A DNA stretch of 64,000 nt, taken from an uncultured Gemmatimonadota bacterium. Lineage in GTDB: Bacteria > JAAXHH01. The stretch is taken from positions 64,001-128,000 of the forward strand of contig OX638340.1 of the NCBI GenBank assembly GCA_951812955.1, written 5' to 3'. The translations under genes and the position numbers were made by a program. The notes beneath the pieces were generated by a model, which worked only from the letters and a program-made list of their open reading frames with translations, ran no database searches and was not told the origin of the DNA. Positions 50,326 to 60,892 of this stretch are shown one piece after another; within the stretch, counting starts at the first letter, position 1, and every line of letters starts with the position of its first letter.

Positions 50326-52020
50326 CTACGTTTGCTTTCCGTAGCGCTCCAGATACCTGTTTTCCGCTTCGATCGTCCCGATTAGAAGGATCTCGCACCC
50401 GGTGGCCAGTTTCATCGACGGAGGGGGACTCACGATACTCTCTTTGCCGGTGAAAACGGCCGTGATGTAACAGCCTGTCTCCGGGTAGATCTGAGAATCG
50501 GCGATGGTCTTGCCGGCGAGTTCTCTGGGAAGCCTGACCCGGAAGAAGTTCAACCCTTCCGTGATCATGACGATGTCGTTTCGCTTGAGCAGGTTCAGGA
50601 TGATGTTGGCGCCCATGGAAGCGTAGGACATGACGAAGTCGGCCCCCGCCCGGTGAAGCGCTTCCACGTTCCGTTCCTGTTTCGCCCGCGTGATGATCTG
50701 GATATCCGGCCGCAGCTTGCGGCAATATATCGTGAGATAGATGTTCATGTCGTCTTCATGGGACGTGATGATGACGGTCGGCGCATCCATGAGGCCGGCC
50801 TTCTTCATCGTCTCGATATCCGCGGCGTCACCCAGTACATAGTGTTTTTCGTTCCGGATCCGGTCGGGCTGCTGCTCGATGATCCGGTAGTCCAGCCCTC
50901 GCTCCACGAGCGTGCCGCCCGCCGAGCGTCCCACGCGTCCTCCGCCGATGATGACGATCGGCGGATCGGAAACGTTGTAGATGGCGAAAAGTTCATTATA
51001 GGAGATGATCTGGCTTTCCGTGCCCATGAGCACCAGGATCATCCGTTCGGTCAGCGGCGTGTCGGGCGCGATCACGCGGAACCTGCCCCGCTCCCATACA
51101 CCGACGACCGTGACGCCGGTCAGTTCGCGCAGACGCGTTTCGCGCAGGGTCTTTCCGATGAGAGGGGTATCCACGATACTCGCGTCGGCTACCATAAGAT
51201 CTTCGACGTTTCCGAGTACGTGAGACATGGAATCCACGCTCGAAGCGAGCCGTGCGAGGAGCTGCCCCATCTGCTGCCCCAGCTGGATCACGTGGGTGCA
51301 GCCCGCCAGTTCGAGGATATCCACGGAGTCGGGTGAGTTCGCCGTGGCCAGGATGGGGATGTCTTTATTGGTATTCCGGATCGTGAAGGCAATGCTGGTG
51401 TTCAGGGTATCCTTTCCCGTGGCGACGACGAGTGCGGCCTGGTCCACGTTCGCGTGCCGGTAGGTCTCCGGGTTGTCCAGGTCGCCGTACACGACATTCA
51501 GCCCCCTGTCGTGCAGGATCAGCGATTCATCCAGTTCGGGAATGATGAATACGTATTCGTTTCCGTATTGCTTGAGCCTGGAAGCGAGGGCGCTCGTCAC
51601 CTCGTCGTAATTCGTGATGACCACGTGATCTCGGAAAGTCGGATCCAGCGTGCGCGGCGCACGGGCGATGGAATGCGCGCTGAGCCAGGGGCGATAGATA
51701 AACTCCACGAAGGCGACGGGAAGAACGATGATGAGTGTAGTCAATCCGGTCAGCAGGACGCACATGGAAAAGACGCGGCCCAGGTCGCTGGTGAATATGA
51801 CATCGCCGTACCCGAGCGTGGTCATCGTGGTCAGCGTCCAGTAAAATCCGGTGAACCACGTATGATCCCGTCCTTCCATGGCCTGAAGCTCGTGAAAGAG
51901 GACGGTGTAGACCAGCATCAACAGGAAGAGGAAGATGAAAAACCGATAGAAGAACTTCAGGTTTCCCGATCCGATCGTGGTGCGCAACACACCCAGGTAC
52001 TGTCTGTAGAAGGTCTGCAT
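50326..52020 (-). CDS. RCK/TrkA-gated potassium channel (2-TM pore plus two RCK domains)
   Basis: The selectivity filter is TTLGYGDV after two N-terminal TM helices. Two Rossmann-type TrkA-N segments are present (IIGGGRVGRS..., and a second GxGxxG-like region). Confidence 0.8.
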   Translation of the reverse strand: MQTFYRQYLGVLRTTIGSGNLKFFYRFFIFLFLLMLVYTVLFHELQAMEGRDHTWFTGFYWTLTTMTTLGYGDVIFTSDLGRVFSMCVLLTGLTTLIIVLPVAFVEFIYRPWLSAHSIARAPRTLDPTFRDHVVITNYDEVTSALASRLKQYGNEYVFIIPELDESLILHDRGLNVVYGDLDNPETYRHANVDQAALVVATGKDTLNTSIAFTIRNTNKDIPILATANSPDSVDILELAGCTHVIQLGQQMGQLLARLASSVDSMSHVLGNVEDLMVADASIVDTPLIGKTLRETRLRELTGVTVVGVWERGRFRVIAPDTPLTERMILVLMGTESQIISYNELFAIYNVSDPPIVIIGGGRVGRSAGGTLVERGLDYRIIEQQPDRIRNEKHYVLGDAADIETMKKAGLMDAPTVIITSHEDDMNIYLTIYCRKLRPDIQIITRAKQERNVEALHRAGADFVMSYASMGANIILNLLKRNDIVMITEGLNFFRVRLPRELAGKTIADSQIYPETGCYITAVFTGKESIVSPPPSMKLATGCEILLIGTIEAENRYLERYGKQT

Positions 52021-52261
52021 GGTTAATTCGGGTTTAATGGTTATGGTTCACGTCGAGACGCGATGGCTCCTGCCCGCATCGCGCGTCGGCACCAAGAGCT
52101 ACCAGTCTAAATCCATCCTTGCCCACTGTCAAGCCCGCACGGGAAGCCCGTGGTCGAATTGCCTTGAGCCGTTACCGCATACCGCGTCGAGCCCGAAACC
52201 GGGTTGCCGCGTCTTTTTCTCCTTGCTCCACTACATACTGTTCCTGTAATCTGCCAGATGA

Positions 52262-52470
52262 ATACAGCGGCCTGCCCCGGCCCGCTCGGTTCGCCCGGCT
52301 CGTTCAGTCCTGCCGGCTCGCTCGGTTCACCCGGCTCGTCCGGCCCGCCTGGCTCGTTCAGTCCTGCCGGCTCGTCCGGCCCGCCCGGCCCGCCCGGCCC
52401 GCCCGGTTCGCTCGGATCGTTCGGTCCGGCTCGGTTCGTCCGGCCTGCACGGTTCGGTCGGCCCGCTCAG
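52262..52470. repeat. GC-rich degenerate tandem repeat (CCGGCTCGTYCGGYCCGCC-like units, including CCGGCCCGC x4)
   Basis: Read directly. One frame translates as a Gly-X-Y-rich collagen-like stretch (ORF 52204..52515) and another as an Arg/Pro-rich peptide. It lies inside a 540-bp divergent intergenic region. Confidence 0.6.
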
Positions 52471-52559
52471 TCCGGCCGGGTACCGGACGGTTCGGCCGCG
52501 TCACGGACGTCGTAAGGCATGTTTCATTCTCTCATTTCTAATGAACGGAAGCGTGGACC

Positions 52560-53930
52560 ATGAACAACGTCATATCCTATCTCGAGTCCCAACGATCCCA
52601 GGCACTTGACGGCTTGAAGGAGTTCCTCCGCATTCCGAGTGTGAGCACCCATCCCCACCACCGCGAGGACCTGCACCGGTGCGCCAGGTTCGTCGCCGGC
52701 GAACTGGAAGGGATCGGCATGCGCAACGTAGCGGTGAACCCAACGCCCGGCCATCCCATTGTGACGGCGGACTGGCTGGATGCGCCCGGTAAGCCCACCG
52801 TGCTCCTGTACGGCCATTACGACGTCCAGCCGGCGGAACCCATCGAGTTGTGGGAGAGTGATCCCTTTGATCCCGTGGTTCGGGGCGACAACCTGTATGC
52901 TCGCGGATCGACGGACGACAAGGGACAGGTGTGGGTCCACGTGAAGGCCCTGGAAGCCCACCTGCGGGAAAACGGCCGCCTCCCGGTGAACGTCCGCATG
53001 CTGATCGAGGGGGAGGAGGAAGTGTCGAGCGAGAACCTGGAAGCCTACCTGGAGGCCCATAAAGCCGAGCTGGCGGCGGACGTGGTGGTCATTTCCGACA
53101 CGTCCATGCTGGACTACGAGCGGCCCTCCATCGGTTATGCGTTACGCGGCATGGCCTACATGGAGATCCGGATCGAGGGGCCCAATAAGGACCTGCATTC
53201 GGGAGTCTACGGCGGCGCAGTGCCCAACCCCCTCAACGTCCTCTCCGAGATGCTGGGCAAGATGGTGGACCGTGACGGAAGGATCACCGTACCCGGGTTC
53301 TACGATGATGTCTTGCCCTTGAGAGACGAAGAGCGGGAATCACTTGCCGCGCTTTCCTTCGATGAGGAGGGATTCGCCGGAAAGCTGGGCCTGCCGCATG
53401 CCACGGGCGAAAAGGGATACTCGACCGTGGAACGCCTCTGGGCGCGGCCCACGCTGGATGTGAACGGGATGCTTGGGGGATTCACGGGCGAAGGGTCGAA
53501 GACCGTGATTCCTTCGAAGGCCATGGCCAAGGTGAGCATGCGCCTCGTGCCGGACCAGGACCCCGAAAAGATCGTACGGACCTTCACGGACTACGTAAAA
53601 TGCCTTGCGCCACCCTCGGTCAAGGTGGAAGTCATCTGCCACGGCACGGGGAAGCCGGTCCTCACGGCGCGGGATCATCCCGCGGTTACAGCCGCGCACA
53701 AGGCCATCGCCAGGGGCTTCGGCAAGGAACCCGTGTACATCCGGGAAGGCGGCAGCATCCCGGTAGTTGCCATGTTCGAGGAGAAACTCGGCCTTCCGAC
53801 CGTCCTGATGGCCTTCGGCCTGCCAGACTGCGACGCCCATGCGCCGAACGAGAAGTTCCACTTGCCCAATTTCTACCGGGGAATCGACAGCGCGGCCTGG
53901 TTCTACGAGGAATATGGCCGGGTCCGATGA
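52560..53930 (+). CDS. M20-family dipeptidase/peptidase
   Basis: ...LLYGHYDVQPAEP...ARGSTDDKGQVW...E(E)...H.... The protein is 456 aa. Confidence 0.85.
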   Translation: MNNVISYLESQRSQALDGLKEFLRIPSVSTHPHHREDLHRCARFVAGELEGIGMRNVAVNPTPGHPIVTADWLDAPGKPTVLLYGHYDVQPAEPIELWESDPFDPVVRGDNLYARGSTDDKGQVWVHVKALEAHLRENGRLPVNVRMLIEGEEEVSSENLEAYLEAHKAELAADVVVISDTSMLDYERPSIGYALRGMAYMEIRIEGPNKDLHSGVYGGAVPNPLNVLSEMLGKMVDRDGRITVPGFYDDVLPLRDEERESLAALSFDEEGFAGKLGLPHATGEKGYSTVERLWARPTLDVNGMLGGFTGEGSKTVIPSKAMAKVSMRLVPDQDPEKIVRTFTDYVKCLAPPSVKVEVICHGTGKPVLTARDHPAVTAAHKAIARGFGKEPVYIREGGSIPVVAMFEEKLGLPTVLMAFGLPDCDAHAPNEKFHLPNFYRGIDSAAWFYEEYGRVR

Positions 53931-54084
53931 CCCGGTTACCGCTATGGGCATCGGGTCCGGTCTTTATCTAATCCACCTACAGTCTTCTGGATTTATGGGG
54001 ATGATTCGGCGCGATTTTGCGTGGTGTCTCGACCCGGCAGTCTATGCGTCTGGTCCCGGCGGCTAATGCGTCTGGTCCGAAACG

Positions 54085-55398
54085 CTAAGCTGACTGTCCG
54101 GCCCTTCCTGCGGCGGCCCGTTGCTCCATGGCGTTCACGGAAGTTGCCACGGCGGCGTCGCCCGTGACGTTTACCGCGGTTCGGCACATGTCGAGTATGC
54201 GGTCGACGCCGAGGATCAATGCGATGCCTGCGGCCGGTACGCCGATGGTCTCGAGGATGATGATCAGCATGATGATGCCCGCGCCGGGTACCGCGGCGGT
54301 GCCGATAGACGCGAGTACTGCCGTGAGGACGATCTGCAGCTGCGCCGTCATATCAAGACCCAGGCCAAGAGCCTGGGCGATGAACACGGCGGCAACGGCC
54401 TGGTAGAGTGCGGTGCCGTCCATGTTGATCGTGGCGCCGAGAGGCAGAACGAAGGAGGAGACCTCCTTGGAGACCCCGAGATTCCGCTCGCTCATCTCCA
54501 TCGTGACGGGCAGCGTGGCCCCGCTGGAACTCGAGGAGAAAGCCAGGAGTTGGGCCGGTGCGATCCCCCTGAAGAAGCGTCCGATCTTCATGTTGGAGAA
54601 GATTTTCAGCAGAAGCGGATAGGTGACGATGCCGTGGACCAGCAGCCCCAGGAGGACTACCAGGCAGTAAAAGCCAAGGGCCCCAAGGAGTTCTCCGACA
54701 GCTGACAGGTCGTCTCTGGCCACCTGGTTGATGGTCTTGGCGATCAGCGCAAATACCCCGATGGGGGCGACGACCATGATCATGTGCACGATCTGGATGA
54801 TGACCGACGTGAGCCCTCCGAAGAAATCAACCAGGGGTTTGCCCTTGTCGGACGGGATCAGTACCAGGGCGATGCCGAAGAGGATGGAGAAGAAAACGAC
54901 CTGAAGCATGCGACCGTTGTTGCTCAGGGCACCGAAGATGTTGTCTGGTGTCATGTCCACGAAGACCTGTAGCGGACCGCGATCTCTGGCCGTTTCGGCC
55001 CGCTCCATGTCCGATTCCGCATCGGACTGGTAGGCCGCCTGCAACTGTTCCTGCAGCCCCTGGGGCACACCGGTACCGGGTTCGAGCAGGTTGACCATGA
55101 CAAGTCCGATGGTCACGGAGACGGTCGTTGTGAGGATGTAAATGGCGATCGTCCTTCCCCCGATGCGCGATAACTTCTTCACGTCCGAGAGGGAAGCGAT
55201 GCCCATGATGAGCGAGCCCAGCACGAGGGGTACGGCGATGACCTTGAGCAGGTTGAGGAAGATGTCGCCGAAGGGCGTGATCCAGTCCTCTGTGAATTGG
55301 CTCCAGCCCATGGCCGCGGAAAGGATTCCGTACAGCCCTCCGAGGATCAGGCCGATGATGATTTTCCAGTGCAGGGGGAGGCGCCACAGGTTCATCAT
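54085..55398 (-). CDS. Sodium/proton:dicarboxylate (glutamate/aspartate) symporter, DAACS family
   Basis: A 437-aa polytopic protein with a GltP/GltT-like pattern (...GLDMTAQLQIVLTAVLASIGTAAVPGAG..). Confidence 0.8.
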   Translation of the reverse strand: MMNLWRLPLHWKIIIGLILGGLYGILSAAMGWSQFTEDWITPFGDIFLNLLKVIAVPLVLGSLIMGIASLSDVKKLSRIGGRTIAIYILTTTVSVTIGLVMVNLLEPGTGVPQGLQEQLQAAYQSDAESDMERAETARDRGPLQVFVDMTPDNIFGALSNNGRMLQVVFFSILFGIALVLIPSDKGKPLVDFFGGLTSVIIQIVHMIMVVAPIGVFALIAKTINQVARDDLSAVGELLGALGFYCLVVLLGLLVHGIVTYPLLLKIFSNMKIGRFFRGIAPAQLLAFSSSSSGATLPVTMEMSERNLGVSKEVSSFVLPLGATINMDGTALYQAVAAVFIAQALGLGLDMTAQLQIVLTAVLASIGTAAVPGAGIIMLIIILETIGVPAAGIALILGVDRILDMCRTAVNVTGDAAVATSVNAMEQRAAAGRAGQSA

Positions 55399-55443
55399 GT
55401 AAGGTCTCTCCGGGGTATATACAGACGAGTATTTGCGGACAGG

Positions 55444-56445
55444 CTATACGGGAACGTCGTGGAACAGACTCTGGACTGTCCGAACCAATTTCTCTTCGTC
55501 TGGAATGGTTTCAGGTTCCAGGCCAGGGCTGAAGGGTACGGGTACGTCCATGGCGCCCAGCCGTTTGACGGGGGCGTCGAGGTAATCGAAGGCCTCGTCG
55601 GAAATCCTGGAGGCCAGTTCACCGGTAACTCCGTAGCTCTGGTAGGCTTCGTCGATCACTACGGCGCGGCTGGTCTTCTGCACGGATCGCACAATGGTTT
55701 CCATGTCCAGAGGGGACAGCGTCCTGGGGTCGACCACTTCGACGCTGATCTGTTCCTGCTCCAGCATGTCCGCAGCCTTAAGCGCGGTATGCACCATGCT
55801 CGAAGTGGCCACGATGGACACGTCGCTTCCTTCCCGTTTTATGTCGGCCACACCGAAGGGGATGGTATAGTCGTCGTCATCCGGAACCGGACCCTTCAAG
55901 GCGTACATCATCTTGTCCTCATAGATCACGGTGGGGTTATCGTCGCGAATGGCGGTTTTGAGCAGTCCCTTCAAATCGGCCGGCGTGGAAGGGATGGCCA
56001 CCTTGACGCCGGGTATGTGAGACAGCCAGGCCTGCAGGCTTTGGGAGTGCTGGGCCGCCGAGGAGCGGCCCGCCCCGATGGTGGTCCGTATGGTTAGCGG
56101 CACGCTGGCCTGTCCGCCGGTCATGTAGCACATCTTGGCCGCCTGGTTGACGATCTGGTCCATGGCGATGGTGATGAAGTCGCCGAACATGATCTCGACG
56201 ATGGGCCGCATGCCCGTCAGGGCCGCGCCTACGCCCGCTCCCATGATGCCCGCTTCCGAGATGGGCGTGTCCCGCACCCGGTCGTCGCCGAATTCGTCGA
56301 GCAGTCCCACGGTGACCTTGAAGACTCCGCCGGCCGCGGCGACGTCCTCGCCCATGAAGAAGACGGTTTCGTCCCGCCGCATCTCCTCCGCAATGGCCTC
56401 TCGGACCGCTTCCCCGTAAGTGATTACGCGTTCAGGCGTAGACAT
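55444..56445 (-). CDS. 2-oxoacid (pyruvate/acetoin-type) dehydrogenase E1 component, beta subunit
   Basis: A transketolase-like pyrimidine-binding and C-terminal domain pattern (...GEDVAAAGGVFKVT..., ...IPFGVADIKREGSDVSIV...). It is followed by the alpha subunit, with a 14-nt overlap. Confidence 0.85.
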   Translation of the reverse strand: MSTPERVITYGEAVREAIAEEMRRDETVFFMGEDVAAAGGVFKVTVGLLDEFGDDRVRDTPISEAGIMGAGVGAALTGMRPIVEIMFGDFITIAMDQIVNQAAKMCYMTGGQASVPLTIRTTIGAGRSSAAQHSQSLQAWLSHIPGVKVAIPSTPADLKGLLKTAIRDDNPTVIYEDKMMYALKGPVPDDDDYTIPFGVADIKREGSDVSIVATSSMVHTALKAADMLEQEQISVEVVDPRTLSPLDMETIVRSVQKTSRAVVIDEAYQSYGVTGELASRISDEAFDYLDAPVKRLGAMDVPVPFSPGLEPETIPDEEKLVRTVQSLFHDVPV

Positions 56446-57472
56446 GATCGGTCACCTCGTCGGCCACGGGATAGGGGGACTCCTTCGCGAATTCCACGGC
56501 GTCTTCCACCAGCCCGGTGATGGTGGCGTCGATGGTATCCAGTTCCGTTTCGTCCACCATGCCCGCCTTCATCATGCGCCGGGCGAAGCGTGGTATGGGG
56601 TCGCGGGCGAGCCAGGTGTCGGTCTCCTCCTGGGTCCGGTAGGTCTTCTCCGGATCGCCGTCGCCCACGTGATGGCCCCGGTACCGGTAGGTCTTGTTCT
56701 CGATCAGGCAGGGGCCTTCGCCGGCACGGGCCCGCTTTACCATCTCCATCGCGGTCTGGTGTACCGCAACCGCGTCGTTACCGTCCACTACCACGGCCGG
56801 CATGTCGAATCCCGCGGCACGCTCGGCCACGTGTTCCCGGACGGCCGTAACGTCACTGGCCGCGGTGTATTCTCCGTAATGGTTGTTCTCGCAGACGAAT
56901 AGCACGGGCAACGACCAGACGGACGCCAGGTTGGCGGATTCCAGAAAGGCACCCTGGTTGATGGCGCCGTCGCCGAAGAAGCACACGGCCACCTGCCCGC
57001 TGTTGCGCATCTTGCCGCTCAGGGCCGCGCCGGTCGCCATGCCCATCCCGCCTCCCACGATCCCGTTGGCGCCGAGAATCCCGAGACTCATGTCGGCGAT
57101 GTGCATGGTTCCGCCCTTCCCCCGGTTGTAGCCGTCCACCTTGCCCATCATCTCGGCCATCATGCGGTCGACCTTGCCGCCCTTGGCGATCAGGTGGCCG
57201 TGGCCCCGGTGGGTACTGGTCAGGTAGTCGTCGTCGTTCAGAGCGGAACAGATGCCCACTGCCGAGGCCTCCTGCCCGATGTAGAGGTGGGCGAGGCCGC
57301 GCATCAGCCCCTGCGTGTAAATCTCCAGCACGGCTTCCTCGAACCGCCGTATGGTCAGCATTTTTTCGTAGATTTCCCTGCTCAGCGATTCGTTCAGCGG
57401 CAACGTCCCTTCGTCACTGGACGTGGTGATTATTTCCAGGGATTCCGTCATGTCTCGAACGCTCCATGGCAA
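56432..57472 (-). CDS. 2-oxoacid dehydrogenase E1 component, alpha subunit (TPP-binding)
   Basis: The TPP motif is ...VCFFGDGAINQGAF.ESANLA.... The protein is 346 aa. Confidence 0.85.
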   Translation of the reverse strand: MPWSVRDMTESLEIITTSSDEGTLPLNESLSREIYEKMLTIRRFEEAVLEIYTQGLMRGLAHLYIGQEASAVGICSALNDDDYLTSTHRGHGHLIAKGGKVDRMMAEMMGKVDGYNRGKGGTMHIADMSLGILGANGIVGGGMGMATGAALSGKMRNSGQVAVCFFGDGAINQGAFLESANLASVWSLPVLFVCENNHYGEYTAASDVTAVREHVAERAAGFDMPAVVVDGNDAVAVHQTAMEMVKRARAGEGPCLIENKTYRYRGHHVGDGDPEKTYRTQEETDTWLARDPIPRFARRMMKAGMVDETELDTIDATITGLVEDAVEFAKESPYPVADEVTDHVYA

Positions 57473-57617
57473 AGAGGCGAAACCGGTGGTATAGCCAAAA
57501 ATTCGGTACGAACGAACTGTCCCATAATACGGGAGGGCGGCAGGTCAGGCAAGAGGAAAATACCCGTGCGAACCTATGGTTCATTTCGTTCGTTAACGCC
57601 GGCTCTCGCGCGTTCGT

Positions 57618-58253
57618 TCAGCCGGTTCGATCCGGCGCGAGACTCCGGTTGAGCCGCTGAATCAGCGGCGGGGCGAAGAGAATCATCAGGATGGTCTCGG
57701 GGACGACGACACTTGCGTTGTACAACAGGGCGTAAAGCCATGGCGCCGTCCATTGCTGGAGCAGGGGCGCAAGGGTGATTCCGGTGTAATCCCGGATCAG
57801 TTCGTATACCTGCCGGTTCAGTTCGGGCGGGGTAAAGGCCGCAAAATACACCGCGCCGGACACTACGTGGCTCGCCAGCCGGAGTATGCAGGCCACCGTG
57901 ATCCCCAGCCGGGGCCAGCCGGGGAAGTACCCTATGATCCCCAGCATGGCATAGGGAAGAAGGTAATCCAGCGCGACCTGGATTGGGTGCAGGACGACGG
58001 GATCGATGATCAGCGTGACGAGACCTGCGGCGAGCCCTCCGGCCATGCCCGCCCTGGGTCCGTGCGAGATCGACAGGTAGATCAGAGGAAGGATCTTGAG
58101 CGACAGCGATCCGCCCCAGGGCAGCCGGTACAGGCGGATGAAACCGAGGAGGACCGCGAGGGCAACCGCCACGGCCATTGCGGTCAGTCGGCGCGTGCCG
58201 CCGGCGCTACTTGCCGTTTGTGGATTCGCTTTCTTCGGGCTCGGGCTTGCCAT
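57618..58253 (-). CDS. Small polytopic membrane protein, ECF-transporter S-component-like (possibly a vitamin/thiamine-type substrate-binding component)
   Basis: Five to six hydrophobic helices in about 190 aa. The true start is probably the Met at 58178, since the ORF caller's N-terminus overlaps the LonN gene by 47 nt. Confidence 0.4.
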   Translation of the reverse strand: MASPSPKKANPQTASSAGGTRRLTAMAVAVALAVLLGFIRLYRLPWGGSLSLKILPLIYLSISHGPRAGMAGGLAAGLVTLIIDPVVLHPIQVALDYLLPYAMLGIIGYFPGWPRLGITVACILRLASHVVSGAVYFAAFTPPELNRQVYELIRDYTGITLAPLLQQWTAPWLYALLYNASVVVPETILMILFAPPLIQRLNRSLAPDRTG

Positions 58254-58869
58254 GTCCGTTCATTTCGGCCAGGCGCTTCATCTTTTCCTGCTTGTCCAAC
58301 TTCCCCATCGTCTCGAGGAGCGCCGTGTCGAGTTTCCTTATCCGTGCGGTGGTCGAAGTCAGCTCCAGCAGGGACTGCCGCTCCCGCAGGACCATGTCGA
58401 TCGTCGACGCGATGATGAAGGAGAAGTGCACCGGGTCGAAGATGCCGCGGACGGCGCCCACCCCCCTGGTCTGCAGTCGTATCATTTTCTGGTAGGCATC
58501 CAGGACCTTCTTCAGGAGGTCGGATGGGATGTCCTCGCTGTCGTCGTCGAAGTATTCGACTGCGGCTTCCAGGTAGGACTCCCGGTTGAGCACGTCGAGG
58601 ACCCGGAACCGCCTGCGTCCCTCGGTGAGTATGTCCATGTTCCCGTTTTCGAACTGCCTGAGGATCTGCGTGATCCGGGCCGTGCAGCCCACCTGGCACA
58701 ACTGGGTTTCATGCAGGAGCAGAATGCCGAATTCCAGTTTCTCATCGAGGCATTTTTGAACCATTTCCTTGTAGCGCGGTTCGAAAATGTGAAGGTGCAG
58801 GGGCATGCCGGGAAAAAGTACGGTATTGAGCGGGAAGAGCGGGATCTCGGGTGAGTTCATAGAGTTCAT
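58207..58869 (-). CDS. Lon N-terminal (LonN/PUA-like substrate-binding) domain protein, stand-alone
   Basis: ...IPLFPLNTVLFPGMPLHLHIFEPRYKEMV... is the canonical LonN motif. The protein is 220 aa with no AAA+ or protease domain. Confidence 0.8.
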   Translation of the reverse strand: MNSMNSPEIPLFPLNTVLFPGMPLHLHIFEPRYKEMVQKCLDEKLEFGILLLHETQLCQVGCTARITQILRQFENGNMDILTEGRRRFRVLDVLNRESYLEAAVEYFDDDSEDIPSDLLKKVLDAYQKMIRLQTRGVGAVRGIFDPVHFSFIIASTIDMVLRERQSLLELTSTTARIRKLDTALLETMGKLDKQEKMKRLAEMNGHGKPEPEESESTNGK

Positions 58870-59090
58870 CGCGGTGTGTGTTACGGGAAAGGGTGCGGTG
58901 AGCGGTACGAGAAAACGATGCGGATTCCCACTGATCTAATAGACTGCGAACGCGGCCCGGCGGGTAGCGATATCGGGAATCGCCGCACGGGAAACAGTGT
59001 CAGCGGGACATGCGAATCTTAATTGGATACCGTCGGAGATGTCAATGGAATTCGGCCCGCTTTCCGGTGTTTCACGGGGCCAGTTCCTGC

Positions 59091-59118
59091 TTGACGACCC
59101 CCCTGCCGCAGCTATATT
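59091..59118 (+). promoter_or_regulatory. Candidate sigma-70 promoter (TTGACG-N16-TATATT) upstream of the mutase gene
   Basis: TTGACG at 59091-59096 and TATATT at 59113-59118, about 65 nt before the ATG at 59183. A GGCCC/GGGCC hairpin lies just upstream of it. Confidence 0.3.
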
Positions 59119-59182
59119 ACGGTGTTGCTCGCGGGTATAACTGAAATAGTTTGGCGCAATTAAGTCATGTCTGGCGGTCGCG

Positions 59183-60829
59183 ATGGACGGAAGTGGAAGA
59201 AGCGGAAAGTCTAAAGAAGAGAAGAAGGACAACCGTCCTCTTCGAAAGCCATCCTTCACCAATATCTCGGGATCTCCCGTGGAGGGGCTGTACACGTCCG
59301 GGCGCCGGTCCGGTTCCGGCTATCTGCGCGACGAGGGTTATCCGGGACAGTTCCCTTACACGCGCGGGATCCATGCAACCCTTTATCGCGGCAGACCCTG
59401 GACCATCCGGCAGTTCTCCGGCTTCGGTTCCGCGGCGGATTCCAACACCCGTTTCAAGTTTCTCCTGGAACAGGGACAGGATGGCCTTTCAGTGGCTTTC
59501 GACGTGCCCACCCTGATGGGTTTCGATTCCGATCATCCGTCCTCGGAAGGGGAAGTGGGGGTCTGCGGGGTCGCCGTCGATACGCTGGAGGACATGGAAA
59601 CACTCTTATCCGGCATTCCGCTGGACCGGATAAGCACGTCCATGACCATCAACGCCCCCGCCGCGGTGCTGCTGGCGATGTACCTGGCCGTGGCCGAGAA
59701 AAGAGGGATCCCCTGGACCGCGCTGAGGGGCACGCTGCAGAACGATATTCTGAAAGAGTACATCGCCCAGAAGGAGTGGATCTGCCCACCCGCTTCGGCA
59801 TTGAAGTTCGTTACCGATACGGTGGTCTTTTGCACGGAGCGGGTTCCTCAGTGGAATCCCGTCAGCATCAGCGGATACCACATCCGGGAAGCGGGCGCGA
59901 CGGCCGCCCAGGAACTGGCGTTCACGCTGGCGGACGGGTTTGCCTACGTCGACGCCTGCGTCGACGCCGGTCTCGAAGTCGACCGGTTCGCTTCACGCCT
60001 GTCCTTCTTCTTCAACGCCCATATCGATTTCTTCGAAGAGATCGCCAAGTTCCGTGCCGCCAGGCGGATCTGGGCGCGCCACATGCGCGGGCGGTACGGC
60101 GCCCGGTCCGAACGGTCCTGGGCGCTGCGTTTCCATACCCAGACCGCGGGGTGCAGCCTGACCGCCCAGCAACCGGAGAACAACATCGTGCGCACGGCCG
60201 TCGAAGCGCTGTCCGCGGTGCTGGGGGGCACCCAGTCGCTACATACCAACGCACTGGACGAAGCCTATGCGCTGCCATCGGAAAAGGCGGCCCGAATCGC
60301 CGTGCGGACCCAGCAGATCATCGCCAGCGAGACCGGCGTGACCGATACGGTCGATCCCCTGGGTGGATCCTACTACATCGAGTCCCTCACCGACCGGCTG
60401 GAAGAGGAGGCCGAGGCCTATTTCAAGAAGATCGACGGCTTCGGGGGCATGGTTGCGGCCATCGAAGCGGGGTTTCCCCAGCGCGAGATCATGGCCGCGG
60501 CAAGCCGGTACCAGGCGGAGATCGAAAACGGGGAAAGGACCGTCACCGGCGTAAACGATTTCATCTCCCCTGAGGACAGCGACATCGACACACTTCGCAT
60601 CGACCCGCGCATCGAAAGGGAACAGCGTAGCCGTCTCGATTCGGCGCGACGGCGGCGGAACGACCTGAAAGCAGGCGAGGCTCTCGATGCACTGGGTATC
60701 GCGCTAAGGAGCGGAGCGAACATCATGCCGCCCATGCTGGCCGCGGTAAAGGCCTGCGCCACGATCGGGGAAATCGTAGGCGTGCTGCAGGAAGTGCACG
60801 GGTTGTACGAGGAACCCGTGGTGTTTTAG
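59183..60829 (+). CDS. Methylmalonyl-CoA-mutase-family catalytic (TIM-barrel) subunit without a B12-binding domain
   Basis: ...[73 protein letters not shown]..., a classic MCM substrate-domain core. The protein ends at 548 aa with no DxHxxG B12 motif. Confidence 0.85.
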   Translation: MDGSGRSGKSKEEKKDNRPLRKPSFTNISGSPVEGLYTSGRRSGSGYLRDEGYPGQFPYTRGIHATLYRGRPWTIRQFSGFGSAADSNTRFKFLLEQGQDGLSVAFDVPTLMGFDSDHPSSEGEVGVCGVAVDTLEDMETLLSGIPLDRISTSMTINAPAAVLLAMYLAVAEKRGIPWTALRGTLQNDILKEYIAQKEWICPPASALKFVTDTVVFCTERVPQWNPVSISGYHIREAGATAAQELAFTLADGFAYVDACVDAGLEVDRFASRLSFFFNAHIDFFEEIAKFRAARRIWARHMRGRYGARSERSWALRFHTQTAGCSLTAQQPENNIVRTAVEALSAVLGGTQSLHTNALDEAYALPSEKAARIAVRTQQIIASETGVTDTVDPLGGSYYIESLTDRLEEEAEAYFKKIDGFGGMVAAIEAGFPQREIMAAASRYQAEIENGERTVTGVNDFISPEDSDIDTLRIDPRIEREQRSRLDSARRRRNDLKAGEALDALGIALRSGANIMPPMLAAVKACATIGEIVGVLQEVHGLYEEPVVF

Positions 60830-60892
60830 GTCGCACCGGTGTTTCCGCCGGGCGCCATGTCTTACGTCGTAACACAAAAGGAAACCGACGAC

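Noticed and set aside
52119-52541. Alternative-frame 140-aa ORF (Arg/Pro-rich) over the GC-rich repeat
   Set aside because: It has the same nucleotide repeat as the Gly-X-Y frame. A low-complexity translation in a repeat tract is not evidence of coding. It is kept only as a repeat with a possible small ORF.
58870-59182. Possible cobalamin riboswitch upstream of the B12-dependent mutase gene
   Set aside because: I found no B12-box-like conserved core, and riboswitches normally control B12 supply genes rather than B12-dependent enzymes. I see only a hairpin plus a promoter-like TTGACG-N16-TATATT.
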